This document shows positions 48,061 to 57,162 of a stretch of DNA of 64,000 nt, piece by piece. Position 1 is the first letter of the stretch, and each line of letters opens with the position of its first letter. The notes beneath the pieces were generated by a model, which ran no database searches, was not told where the DNA came from, and saw only the letters and a list, made by a program, of their open reading frames with translations. Position numbers and translations under genes: made by a program. The stretch lies in the IMG/VR virus record IMGVR_UViG_3300028920_000022, positions 372,001 through 436,000 of that record; one strand, 5' to 3'.

Positions 48061-48833
48061 TCGTTGTCCTCCAATAGTTGTTTTTGCTCTTCAAGACATA
48101 ATCTGGTTATTACTGTCCTCGATACACCTAAGTTTTTTGCCATGTCCCGCCTGGATACTTTGGCTCGTCTCCATTCCCTAATCTTCGTTAATAACTCAGG
48201 TGTACTCTCTAAATATACATTCTGCTTTCGATTCTCTATCTTGGCATGCTTTATCCCAGTAACAGAAGATCGGTTCCTGCCACTTAGAATTGCTTGAACC
48301 GTTGCCATCGAAATATCAAATATTCCCGCTAATTCGTCCTGAGTCTTGTCCGTTTCCTTGGACATTCTTACCAACTCTAATACCTCTTTGTCGTCTAATT
48401 GTTTGCGAGGTGGCGTTATTATGGCGGTCACTGGGTCCCATCCATTTCTAATTCTTAAGTATAAAGCATTAGGGCTTAACCCCTTTACTTCCGCCCACTC
48501 TGGAATTGTTTTTGTTACGCTTCCAATAGTTATTTTAACCGTATCTTCGCGATTTAGGTTTTGCTCCTGATTTGTTGCCCAACGGCAATTACCGGGTTCA
48601 TAGTTTCCATTATTATCTATACGTTCAATAGATTGTTCTGATGAGCGTTCTCCCATATCTTCTTTAAATGCTTCAAAAGAATTCCTCCACCTTTCACAAA
48701 TTTGAACCCCTCTACCCCCGTATCGGTGGTAACTTTTATGTTTGGGGTTTGTGCATCTTTGAATCATTGCCATCCAGGTGATGTAAGTTGGGGTTCTAAA
48801 ACCGGGTGCTGCGTGTCCGTGATGTTTTGACAT
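48057..48833 (-). CDS. HNH-type homing endonuclease with HTH domains
   Basis: W.AM.QRC, YGGRG, SIERIDNNGNYEPGNCRWAT. Confidence 0.85.
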   Translation of the reverse strand: MSKHHGHAAPGFRTPTYITWMAMIQRCTNPKHKSYHRYGGRGVQICERWRNSFEAFKEDMGERSSEQSIERIDNNGNYEPGNCRWATNQEQNLNREDTVKITIGSVTKTIPEWAEVKGLSPNALYLRIRNGWDPVTAIITPPRKQLDDKEVLELVRMSKETDKTQDELAGIFDISMATVQAILSGRNRSSVTGIKHAKIENRKQNVYLESTPELLTKIREWRRAKVSRRDMAKNLGVSRTVITRLCLEEQKQLLEDNE

Positions 48834-48907
48834 TTTTTATTCCTTATGTTAGGGGGAACGGAACTGTTCCCTACTCTAACATATATCACGGCAACGTCAA
48901 GGCTGCA

Positions 48908-49588
48908 TCATAATTTTTTTTCGTTTTTTTCGGTAAAGCAACATCTTCCCGATGTGTCATAGTAATGCCAATATGGGGAATGAGAAGTAATCAAAGCAGC
49001 GCAACTTCTCGGTTCAGCCCAAAATCTAGAAGCCAAGCACCAACCTTCTTGCCCCTGGTTACACCGCACCCACTCTTCGGCATTTCCCATCATATCCCAA
49101 GCGCCACTTTGGGAAACGCAGGATTTACGATTACCAGCAGGTTCGCTTTGATCCAGGTATTCCATTTCTTTTTCATCGCGAATAAAGACTTTATATTCAT
49201 CAGCTCCGCGATATCTTTTATCATAATTGCACAAACCGGTATTATCGCCAGGAACGAATTTAGGCAATTCATCGCCGAAGGGATATTTTTTACCTTGAGG
49301 ACCTTCGCAGGCAGCGATCCATTCTTCTGCGGTACAGGGTCTTTTTCCTACGGATTTACAAAGTTCATCAATATTCATTATTTTATCGTCATCGTAAGGT
49401 TCTGGCAGGGCACTCAGACCTAGGAGAGGTTTATGACCTTTAATATTTGGCCATTCGTATTTATCTATACAGGCGGTTGGGGTAGCTGGGACCATACCTT
49501 CTGGGCAAGGATTTTTAGGAGTAAAAGTGCCACCTAAACTACTAAATAGTAAAACGGCGGTCAGAGTTGTGTAAGCAATTCGTTTCAT
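48908..49588 (-). CDS. Formylglycine-generating enzyme (FGE-sulfatase) domain secreted protein
   Basis: CPEGMV, CIDKYEWPN, GKRPCTAEEW, YPFG, DMMGNAEEW, GRCC. Confidence 0.8.
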   Translation of the reverse strand: MKRIAYTTLTAVLLFSSLGGTFTPKNPCPEGMVPATPTACIDKYEWPNIKGHKPLLGLSALPEPYDDDKIMNIDELCKSVGKRPCTAEEWIAACEGPQGKKYPFGDELPKFVPGDNTGLCNYDKRYRGADEYKVFIRDEKEMEYLDQSEPAGNRKSCVSQSGAWDMMGNAEEWVRCNQGQEGWCLASRFWAEPRSCAALITSHSPYWHYYDTSGRCCFTEKNEKKL

Positions 49589-49742
49589 GGTCTCCTTTTG
49601 AGGTGTAAAACGGACCGTACTTCTCTTTCGAAAAGGTCTCTCCTGGACAGTCGCACCGGCAGAATTCCTCGCCTAAGCGGACCTAGTGCTTTCTATGTTA
49701 TTTATGATTAATAATTAGCATATTTGAGGTAGGGAAATGTAA

Positions 49743-49988
49743 TTATTTGTAGTTTTTCCAATCTGCGGTAGATTTGAAGATTGGTGGATTTTGTTTTTCT
49801 TTTTTGACTCTTTGTTCGCTTTCTTGTTTAAGGCGGGCGATTTCTTTTGCTGCGATTTGATCCAGATATCCGCACATATCGCATGCATACCCTGGAGTAT
49901 ATATTCCCAGATATTGTCCTTTAGTTGGGTAGCCACATTTGGGACAATCTTCGTTACTAGCGGTGTGATATTTTTTGAACCAAGACAT
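49743..49988 (-). CDS. Small Zn-ribbon protein
   Basis: CPKCG...CDMCG. Confidence 0.55.
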   Translation of the reverse strand: MSWFKKYHTASNEDCPKCGYPTKGQYLGIYTPGYACDMCGYLDQIAAKEIARLKQESEQRVKKEKQNPPIFKSTADWKNYK

Positions 49989-49999
49989 TTTGACCTTTG

Positions 50000-50254
50000 T
50001 TATGTAATTATGTTCTGAATTATAAAATCATTACAATTTATTTGTTCAGGATTCAATGCCGTAGCAATACTTATCTGAGAAATATAAAAATTTATTTCAT
50101 TTTGAAATATTCCTTTAAATATTATTAATCCGCAATTCTGGCATTGCCAATATTTTGGACGAATATCGTTAATCAAATTAATACCATCATTAAGTTTTGC
50201 AACCTCTTCTGCTGTTAACTCCTTCAGTTCGTGTGTACCTATTTTGAGACTCAT
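50000..50254 (-). CDS. H-CxxC small protein with IIQNIIT tail
   Basis: GTH...CQNC...CNDFIIQNIIT*. Confidence 0.7.
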   Translation of the reverse strand: MSLKIGTHELKELTAEEVAKLNDGINLINDIRPKYWQCQNCGLIIFKGIFQNEINFYISQISIATALNPEQINCNDFIIQNIIT

Positions 50255-50658
50255 TCTATTATATCTTTGATTATTTTTTCATTTTCGGTTAAAAATTCTT
50301 CTCTATACACGTTATCTGCTACCCACGATACTCTTAAAGAATTGCTATGAGAATATCCAGTTAAGATAGCGTTACAAACATGGGTAATATATTTTTTATG
50401 ATTTTCTTTCCAACCGAACATAAAATGAAATTTATTATCCACACTGGTTCCACGAAAACGTTCTTTTACAAAATGTTCGATATCAAAGTTTTCGTCAAAT
50501 AAAATCAAACCTTCTAATTCACCATGAACATCTTCATATCTTCCGCAATATTCGACGGTCATGGTGAGGCTATAAGCCCAACCGATAATTTCTTCGTTGT
50601 ACAGTACTTGAACACTATTCGATAATGTAGCGAATGTCGATATTAGTTCTACAGGCAT
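50251..50658 (-). CDS. Hypothetical protein with IIKDIIE tail
   Basis: Ends ENEKIIKDIIE*; no CxxC. Confidence 0.65.
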   Translation of the reverse strand: MPVELISTFATLSNSVQVLYNEEIIGWAYSLTMTVEYCGRYEDVHGELEGLILFDENFDIEHFVKERFRGTSVDNKFHFMFGWKENHKKYITHVCNAILTGYSHSNSLRVSWVADNVYREEFLTENEKIIKDIIE

Positions 50659-51001
50659 CGCACAGAGTACGATGCCAGCTTAATTCGTCTCGAAGTTTTC
50701 CTGGTTTACCACAATCTTCGCAAACGTGGTCGCTTTTATTTTCGGCTTCCATAACCAAATCTTGAACTATTTTAATTTCTTGTTCCGTTACATTTGGGTA
50801 ACTTAAATATCTATAACCAAATCTCAAACCTCCCAACTTTTCTTTAATGTAGGTAGCTTCAATTTTAATATCTGTTTTTTGAATTTCTATACATAATTCA
50901 CGCAGGAGTTCGTACCAACCATCTCCGCACCCTATGTAGACGTGGGATACAAAGATTTTGGGGAATTCTTGACGCAATTTGTCGGTTAATTCTGGGCTCA
51001 T
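50615..51001 (-). CDS. Conserved phage protein (GDGW...KEKLGGLR...CEDCG) with IRYIIE tail
   Basis: Motif pattern; ends CRTNIDIRYIIE*. Confidence 0.65.
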   Translation of the reverse strand: MSPELTDKLRQEFPKIFVSHVYIGCGDGWYELLRELCIEIQKTDIKIEATYIKEKLGGLRFGYRYLSYPNVTEQEIKIVQDLVMEAENKSDHVCEDCGKPGKLRDELSWHRTLCDACRTNIDIRYIIE

Positions 51002-51432
51002 TCTATTATATCCTTAATGATACGTTCGTTTTCGTTTTTTTCTACGTCTTGTGGAAGGAACTTGTAAATTATAAACATGCATGGTTCGGTCAAAATATTC
51101 TTTGCATTACACTTTTCTAAAATGTCAAAAATAATAATTATAATAATAGGCAGTAAAACTATTGGATATGCCCACAAAAGTAAAAACAGAATTATCGGCG
51201 GGTATTCTTTGAAAAAACCATTAATACCAGCCTGGACATCTGTTTTGTATATTTTGTCGCCTGCGTGTAATTCTATTTTGTATATCATTTCTGTAAGTAT
51301 AAATGCCAAACAAAAAGGGAATCCCATAAGATACATAGTCAGCAATCCCCACGGCATAGGGGACAATTTAGCAACTCCCATGCCGGCGAGGAAGAAAATG
51401 ATGCTACCTATTAGAAAGTTTCTTATTTTCAT
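50998..51432 (-). CDS. Membrane protein with IIKDIIE tail
   Basis: About three TM segments; ends ENERIIKDIIE*. Confidence 0.65.
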   Translation of the reverse strand: MKIRNFLIGSIIFFLAGMGVAKLSPMPWGLLTMYLMGFPFCLAFILTEMIYKIELHAGDKIYKTDVQAGINGFFKEYPPIILFLLLWAYPIVLLPIIIIIIFDILEKCNAKNILTEPCMFIIYKFLPQDVEKNENERIIKDIIE

Positions 51433-51582
51433 TTCTAGCTTTTTCGCTAATGCCCGTCCCCAAACAGCCTGGACATGTCTTCATTTTTCCTGTAAAAACG
51501 CATTCTATAAACTCTGAGCCAAATGTAGAGCGGTATATTACTTCGCATACCGTTTTGTTCCCCTCACAAATTCCGCAATAAA

Positions 51583-52329
51583 TCATTCCACATAAGGCGC
51601 CGCTATTTTCAAACATGCCTCAACCTTTTCTAAATCAAATTGGAGATCGTTATCACTTCTGACATTGGTTTCCATATCGATCCATATAGGATGATCACCT
51701 ACCAATGCCGATATTTTCTCCAATTGTTGCTGTAAGTTGTTTGGTCCAAGCCCACCAGCGTATCCGCACATTACGTTTGGAAAAGGTTTTGGCCAATCTT
51801 CTGGCAAAACACCACCCCCATGAGATAAATCAAAGAGAGGTACAGCATCAACATTTCTTCGGAGCATCCCCCAGAATAGGGTTTCGTTTACTCCATCTGC
51901 TTGGAAGATGTATTGTTTCCCAGAGTTCTTTAGCTGAGTTGGCAGATCTTGGTAGAATTCTGGTGTTGGGGTTTGAGGAATTCCGTGGAAATTGATTTGG
52001 ATCCTTTGGAACATATCAAAAATCCATGGTTCCATTTCCGACTCATCAGGCAGTTTTCCTCTCACAAAATTGCTTACAAGTTTACCACAGAAATGTCCGG
52101 AAAGTTCCAGTTTAGTGGAGAGAGGTGGCGGGATTCTAGAGGGTGGATATTTAATTATTGAGTTTAGATCGTGTAGCCAACCACCAGAGGGGAATCTTGG
52201 AAAACCTTGAGATTTTGAGGACAGCAACAGAGCCCATTCAACGAATGGGTATTTTTGTTTTAGAACGAAGAGTTCTACGGGTTGGATACTATCATCTGCA
52301 CCAGTAATGGTTACTTTACGGAGTCTCAT
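51583..52329 (-). CDS. TrpF-like TIM-barrel protein (phage family)
   Basis: TITGADD, RIQIN, LFDLSHGGG, GYAGGLGP, WIDMET. Confidence 0.7.
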   Translation of the reverse strand: MRLRKVTITGADDSIQPVELFVLKQKYPFVEWALLLSSKSQGFPRFPSGGWLHDLNSIIKYPPSRIPPPLSTKLELSGHFCGKLVSNFVRGKLPDESEMEPWIFDMFQRIQINFHGIPQTPTPEFYQDLPTQLKNSGKQYIFQADGVNETLFWGMLRRNVDAVPLFDLSHGGGVLPEDWPKPFPNVMCGYAGGLGPNNLQQQLEKISALVGDHPIWIDMETNVRSDNDLQFDLEKVEACLKIAAPYVE

Positions 52330-52717
52330 TTATACCTTTTAGTTTCTTTTCTGCCGTTACAACAATGGGCTTAGATTCTAGTGACTCAACACATTTGCCG
52401 CATTCTGCGCATTCAATAATTTCTTTTTCATTCAAACTATCAAGCGTTTTAGTTGTGCCAGAAATGGTAACATCCTTTTTTGATTTGTCACATACATCTC
52501 GCACAAATCGGAGTGCCATAGCGGCTACTTGAATAGCTTCCTCTCGCATGCGTTTATTGCGGTTTTCACATTCTTGCATGCGAACAGCTTCCCACAGCTC
52601 ATCAACTTCTTCTAGAAGAACAGCATATCCTTCATGCCCATTATGAAAAGAGCCGAATTTCTTTTCAGCTCTTTGTAATTCTGCGGCAATTTCTTTTAGT
52701 TGAGGTATTTTTCTCAT
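52316..52717 (-). CDS. MazG-like nucleotide pyrophosphohydrolase
   Basis: HEGYAVLLEEVDELW...EEAIQVAAMA. Confidence 0.7.
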   Translation of the reverse strand: MRKIPQLKEIAAELQRAEKKFGSFHNGHEGYAVLLEEVDELWEAVRMQECENRNKRMREEAIQVAAMALRFVRDVCDKSKKDVTISGTTKTLDSLNEKEIIECAECGKCVESLESKPIVVTAEKKLKGINETP

Positions 52718-53070
52718 TTGATATTTCCTCTGCGGCGCGATCGTTCTACAACGAGTCTGTCTCTATATTTGCGCCATTCGTCTTCTTTTACTCTTTGCAA
52801 AGCAGGACGCCAAGGCTCGATTTCTTCTCCTCCAATATAATCTCTTACCTCAACTGGTATTTGGAATTTTTCAAATAACCAGTCTAGGCAAAATTCGCAT
52901 AAAGAAAACCTATATTCAACGGTATCATCTAAGGCGCCATATCCGTTTCCGGCGGTAGAATCATAACCGCCACACACATATGCGTCTATGAGACCCATAT
53001 CATTGTTGAGAGAGGATTCTTCCGGCGGAGAACAAGGAAAACCGCACAAATTACAGATATGCTTACCCAT
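52714..53070 (-). CDS. Zn-binding hypothetical protein
   Basis: CNLCG...GGYDS...FSLCEFC. Confidence 0.6.
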   Translation of the reverse strand: MGKHICNLCGFPCSPPEESSLNNDMGLIDAYVCGGYDSTAGNGYGALDDTVEYRFSLCEFCLDWLFEKFQIPVEVRDYIGGEEIEPWRPALQRVKEDEWRKYRDRLVVERSRRRGNIK

Positions 53071-53072
53071 CA

Positions 53073-53149
53073 GGTCCCCCAGATAGGATTCGAACCTATA
53101 TTATTCACAGATTAGAAATCTGGTGCCATGTCCATTAGGCGACTGGGGG
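53073..53149 (-). tRNA. tRNA-Arg(TCT)
   Basis: On -: CCCCCAG/CTGGGGG-A acceptor, CAGA-TTTCTAA-TCTG, ATAGG-TTCGAAT-CCTAT. Confidence 0.85.
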
Positions 53150-53656
53150 CTACGTTATATACTGTCGGAAACTCTTATAGTCCCCAAACTCTTGCCTAAT
53201 TTCTTTCAAAACTTTTTCTTGGTTGCCGCCAACATATTTCTTTAACAAATAGGCAACCAAATCATCCTGAGCAATTTCTTTTAGTTGACACAGTGGACAC
53301 CGTTCGCTGGGAAGATCATATCCACTACTTTCTGGCTCATACAGATCATTAATAGCATCTTCGTGATCTTTATATAGCTCTTCGATTACATCGTCTCCTG
53401 CTGATTCGAGCATTTTTAATTTGACGTCATCGTGGCGAAATATTTGATTTAGATCTGCACGTTTTCCCTCAAGTGACAGATCTCTTTCTATTTCCTCGCC
53501 GGGGAGCAAATATTCTGCCAAAAACTCATGTCCGCAAACACATTCGGCAGTAGGTTCCTCATATTCTCCATCCCAGCCCGCAAGTGTAATTCCGCTTACT
53601 TGGCATGTGAAGCTGCTAGAACTGCTGTTAGAAACGAATCCTGTTCTTATTTTCAC
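53150..53656 (-). CDS. MKIRxxFVSNSSSSS-family protein 4 (Cys-containing)
   Basis: MKIRTGFVSNSSSSSFTC..SG, CVCGH, CPLC. Confidence 0.75.
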   Translation of the reverse strand: MKIRTGFVSNSSSSSFTCQVSGITLAGWDGEYEEPTAECVCGHEFLAEYLLPGEEIERDLSLEGKRADLNQIFRHDDVKLKMLESAGDDVIEELYKDHEDAINDLYEPESSGYDLPSERCPLCQLKEIAQDDLVAYLLKKYVGGNQEKVLKEIRQEFGDYKSFRQYIT

Positions 53657-53657
53657 G

Positions 53658-54026
53658 CTAATATCCTCCTTCGTGTTCCATTATGAAATCTTCGGTACGT
53701 ATGTTCAAATCGGTATTACACAGTAACGATTCTACTTCTTCTCCACCATTACCACAATCATCAAAACTTCCGATATAAACGAATTTGCCCTTTTTCTTTA
53801 ATTCTTCTTGGTATTCTGGCTCGTAATAATTCCAGTCTTCAGAATCTTGACACAATTTTGCTTTAGTAAAAATGGTATCAATTATTTCTGAAATCACCTC
53901 ACGTAGTGGGTGTCGTTTAGTGACACCGAAAGATTTGATTAGCATCTGTTTTGTAAGTTTTCGTTTTGTAACAATAACGAAAGATGAGGAAGATGAATTA
54001 GAAACGAATCCTGTACGTATTTTCAC
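53658..54026 (-). CDS. MKIRxxFVSNSSSSS-family protein 3
   Basis: MKIRTGFVSNSSSSSFVIV; body unrelated to the other three. Confidence 0.75.
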   Translation of the reverse strand: MKIRTGFVSNSSSSSFVIVTKRKLTKQMLIKSFGVTKRHPLREVISEIIDTIFTKAKLCQDSEDWNYYEPEYQEELKKKGKFVYIGSFDDCGNGGEEVESLLCNTDLNIRTEDFIMEHEGGY

Positions 54027-54547
54027 AGCTCTACCTTTTCCACATATTTTGCAAACTCTTTATACGAAGAAAAACGGGAGAATATTTCCTTATCAACAGC
54101 TTCTAAAGTGCCCTTGTCTCCCAGTAATTCTTTTACTAGAAAGCGTATTCTGTCATTTATAGCGATTTTTTCAAAATGACAAATGGGACAACAAGTAGAC
54201 GGCAGCTCATAAAATCTATATTCTCCCCAGGAATCACTTAATGCGTCGTTTAGCGAACCGATAGAATTATCGAAAATTCTATTTATAGCAGCATCATCAA
54301 GTTCGTCGCCATAATCGCAAAAATACCGACTCAACTCTTCAGAGGTTAGAAATTCTTTCTTTTCATCGGTGGTTAGATTTTTATCCAGCTTTCTCACAAA
54401 GTTGGGAGCAAAGGCGTGACCACAAAGACATTCCATTGGATAAAAGTCTTCATATTCGCCGTCACGTCCGGAAGTAACATCCCCACTTATCTGACATACG
54501 AAACTACTGGAACTACTATTTGAAACAAAACTGGTACGTATTTTCAT
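54023..54547 (-). CDS. MKIRxxFVSNSSSSS-family protein 2 (Cys-containing)
   Basis: MKIRTSFVSNSSSSSFVC..SG, CLCGH, CPIC. Confidence 0.75.
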   Translation of the reverse strand: MKIRTSFVSNSSSSSFVCQISGDVTSGRDGEYEDFYPMECLCGHAFAPNFVRKLDKNLTTDEKKEFLTSEELSRYFCDYGDELDDAAINRIFDNSIGSLNDALSDSWGEYRFYELPSTCCPICHFEKIAINDRIRFLVKELLGDKGTLEAVDKEIFSRFSSYKEFAKYVEKVEL

Positions 54548-55113
54548 TTTTTATTGTCCATTGCTTTTTTGAAGGCACTATACGTGCCGAATTTATTTCG
54601 TAGTTCTTTTATGACAGTTTTTCTGGCACGTCTTCCCAACAGGTATTTCAGCAACTCATCATCTGGCACATCATCAAAAGCACAAACTGGGCACATGAAC
54701 CCAGGAAGTTCGCCAATGTATGAATCGTACTTATCTTTTTGAGCATTTATGTGGCTCAAGAAAGATTTTGTATTTAGGTGCGTAAATGCCTCATCTATTT
54801 TAGCATCGGCTCGTTTTTTGTTATATCCCCACATTTTGTTTACGAGGTTATGTCCGTCTTCTGACAGTATTTCGGTATCGAAATCGCCGTCAACTTCAAA
54901 AGCCAAGGAAATCATCTGCCACTTATCTTCCGAGGACATATTACGTGGTATTTCACACTTAATATATTCGTAAAGAAAGTTGTGTCCATTACAGCAACTT
55001 GCCATCGGTGGACCATCCCAACATCCATGGGAATTCACGCTAGTGGTACCGCTAATATCGCAAGTGTAACTTGAGGAGCTAGAATTTGAAACAAAACCCA
55101 ATCTAATCTTCAT
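54544..55113 (-). CDS. MKIRxxFVSNSSSSS-family protein 1 (Cys-containing)
   Basis: MKIRLGFVSNSSSSSYTC..SG, CCNGH, CPVC. Confidence 0.75.
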   Translation of the reverse strand: MKIRLGFVSNSSSSSYTCDISGTTSVNSHGCWDGPPMASCCNGHNFLYEYIKCEIPRNMSSEDKWQMISLAFEVDGDFDTEILSEDGHNLVNKMWGYNKKRADAKIDEAFTHLNTKSFLSHINAQKDKYDSYIGELPGFMCPVCAFDDVPDDELLKYLLGRRARKTVIKELRNKFGTYSAFKKAMDNKK

Positions 55114-55303
55114 TCTTTTGATCTCCGCACTTTTTGATCATTTTCCAAAACGATTTTTTGCTGAGAATTAAAACAGCATCGGCAAGATAGGGAGCTTCTA
55201 GATCCTCAATGTGAACTGAGTCAGAATATTGAGTAATTTTAATGTGTTTGTCTTCAAATAGTGTTTTAAATTTTGGCATACTTATTGCCCTTCAAAAGAT
55301 TTT

Positions 55304-55576
55304 CTACCGTTTCACGTCAATTACATGAAAGGCGTATGCATTATTTAATACAAGTTCAGCTACGCTTTCAATTTTACGACATTTGGCAATATCGTCCCAA
55401 ACTCCATTTTCAGACATGTTGCGGCAGCATGCGTATACACCATCAGGCAACTTTGGAACGGCAACTTCCGCAATTGACTCATATCCGCCAGAAGCATCCA
55501 TTTCCACAAGACGTTTTCTGTTTTTAAACAACCATTTGGTTATTTGCTTTACCCAAGGCTGTACCACAAATCTCAT
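55304..55576 (-). CDS. Hypothetical protein
   Basis: ATG abuts the left end of the TnpB element. Confidence 0.5.
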   Translation of the reverse strand: MRFVVQPWVKQITKWLFKNRKRLVEMDASGGYESIAEVAVPKLPDGVYACCRNMSENGVWDDIAKCRKIESVAELVLNNAYAFHVIDVKR

Positions 55577-55580
55577 TTAA

Positions 55581-56810
55581 CCTAATCAAAAAAGAAGTCC
55601 TCTACTTTTAAGTGGAGGATGAATTTTTTCTTCCGTATCTACGCATAATTATTCATATTTTTGAAGATATGTTGGTTTACAAATACAGACTCTATCCCAG
55701 TAAAAAGCAGCAAGAAAAACTGTGGATACATGCGAATAAATTGAATTGGATCTATAACCAGTTTCTAGATCAGAAAATTAACACATATAAGAATACAAAA
55801 AAGAATCTCTCCAGATACGATCTACAAGCGCAATTACCGAAACTTAAACAACGAGATCCAGTAATTAAAGAAATACATTCGCAAGTTTTGCAACAGGTGC
55901 CCAAGCGTTTAAACCAAGCATTTAAAGATTTTTACAAAAGAGGAAACAAAGGATTTCCAAACTTCAGATCTAGTTTGAACTTCTTCGGTATTTGTTATCC
56001 TCAGAGCGGATACTCTATATCAGGAAATGTCTTTAGAACGAAAATATACGGTAAAATGTCGTTTCTCAAATATCGCCCTATTCGTGGGAATATTCGACAA
56101 GTGTATATTACTAGTGAGAAAAATGGCTGGTTCATTTGTATAACAACTGACTATGAAAAAGATATTCCGAAAGCAACGGATAAGATCGGTATTGATGTAG
56201 GATTAAAGGATTTGGTTGTAACATCCGAAGGAAAACATATTAAAAACTGTAGTCATGCGAAATATTTTGACAAACAGATAGCGAAGATATCGTCAAGAAT
56301 AGATAAGAAAAAGAATAAGAAATCCAGATCTCGAAAGTTTCTGTGTAAAGTTCGGCGCAGATTGTATGATGTGAAAAAACGTAAGATTAACGATTTTCAA
56401 CATAAAGTCTCGAAGAGACTTAGTTCCGAATGCGATACAATATTTGCTGAGAATTTGAGTGTAAAGAAGATGAGTGAAGGAGAATTGCGGAACTTAAACA
56501 AGAGCATTCGAAATGCCAAATTAGCTAATTTCATTTCGTATCTATCATACAAGACCAACACATTGGTGTTGGTCAATCCGAAGAACACAAGCAAGACATG
56601 TAATCATTGTGGGAATATTCGAGAGAATTTGAAGTTATCCGAGAGGACGATTACATGTGACAAATGTGGTGAAGTATATGATAGGGACGAAAATGCCGCT
56701 AAGAACGTTTATTGCCTGGGACAGGCTATTCAGGATCTACAGTTAGAACCTGAGTATGCTGAATTATTTACGATTCAGGAAGCTCTTGCCTTAAGGCAAG
56801 AGTAGTTCAC
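55581..56810 (+). mobile_element. Non-autonomous IS200/IS605-family element (tnpB only)
   Basis: Left hairpin GTCCTCTACTT/AAGTGGAGGAT; right hairpin GCTCTTGCC/GGCAAGAGT followed by AGTTCAC; no tnpA. Left boundary is 55581 or 55587. Confidence 0.8.
55669..56805 (+). CDS. tnpB: RNA-guided endonuclease TnpB
   Basis: YKYRLYP HTH, IGIDVG (RuvC-I), FAENL (II), CNHC/CDKC Zn finger, DRDENAAKN (III). Confidence 0.92.
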   Translation: MLVYKYRLYPSKKQQEKLWIHANKLNWIYNQFLDQKINTYKNTKKNLSRYDLQAQLPKLKQRDPVIKEIHSQVLQQVPKRLNQAFKDFYKRGNKGFPNFRSSLNFFGICYPQSGYSISGNVFRTKIYGKMSFLKYRPIRGNIRQVYITSEKNGWFICITTDYEKDIPKATDKIGIDVGLKDLVVTSEGKHIKNCSHAKYFDKQIAKISSRIDKKKNKKSRSRKFLCKVRRRLYDVKKRKINDFQHKVSKRLSSECDTIFAENLSVKKMSEGELRNLNKSIRNAKLANFISYLSYKTNTLVLVNPKNTSKTCNHCGNIRENLKLSERTITCDKCGEVYDRDENAAKNVYCLGQAIQDLQLEPEYAELFTIQEALALRQE

Positions 56811-57160
56811 TCCTCCGCCAGGGTTTGGATTACTTTAGGTTCAGTTACTACGCCATTTTTTATGCGTAAACCGCTAGCAGATCCGTCTTCCCAGGTTAAG
56901 ATTACTTCTAAATGCCCCTGAATTTTTGGCGCAATGTTCTTAACAAAATTATCCCAAAAGTGTCCAGAACATGTACCACCCCACATAAAGTCTTTTAGAA
57001 CAAACTTGCCTTCTTGTGCTATTTTGAACGGCTTTGCTTCGTACAAGAAGTGTGTTTCTGGCAAAAGGTCTTCTTCGTTATCTAAAATCCACTCCACGTC
57101 CGTGGCTGAAATCCAGGCATCACACTTTAGTGTGTGGCAATGATTTATGTTACAACTCAT
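56807..57160 (-). CDS. Hypothetical protein
   Basis: W.G..SG...WEDG pattern; its stop codon is supplied by the IS right end. Confidence 0.6.
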   Translation of the reverse strand: MSCNINHCHTLKCDAWISATDVEWILDNEEDLLPETHFLYEAKPFKIAQEGKFVLKDFMWGGTCSGHFWDNFVKNIAPKIQGHLEVILTWEDGSASGLRIKNGVVTEPKVIQTLAEE

Positions 57161-57162
57161 TT

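Noticed and set aside
50998-51432. MKIR start as a fifth member of the SNSSSSS family
   Set aside because: It lacks FVSNSSSSS and continues directly into a TM helix.
55612-56805. Cas12f call, or the GTG start at 55612
   Set aside because: It has IS-type end hairpins and no CRISPR array. The 55612 start lies inside the left-end hairpin, whereas ATG 55669 gives the typical TnpB N-terminus.
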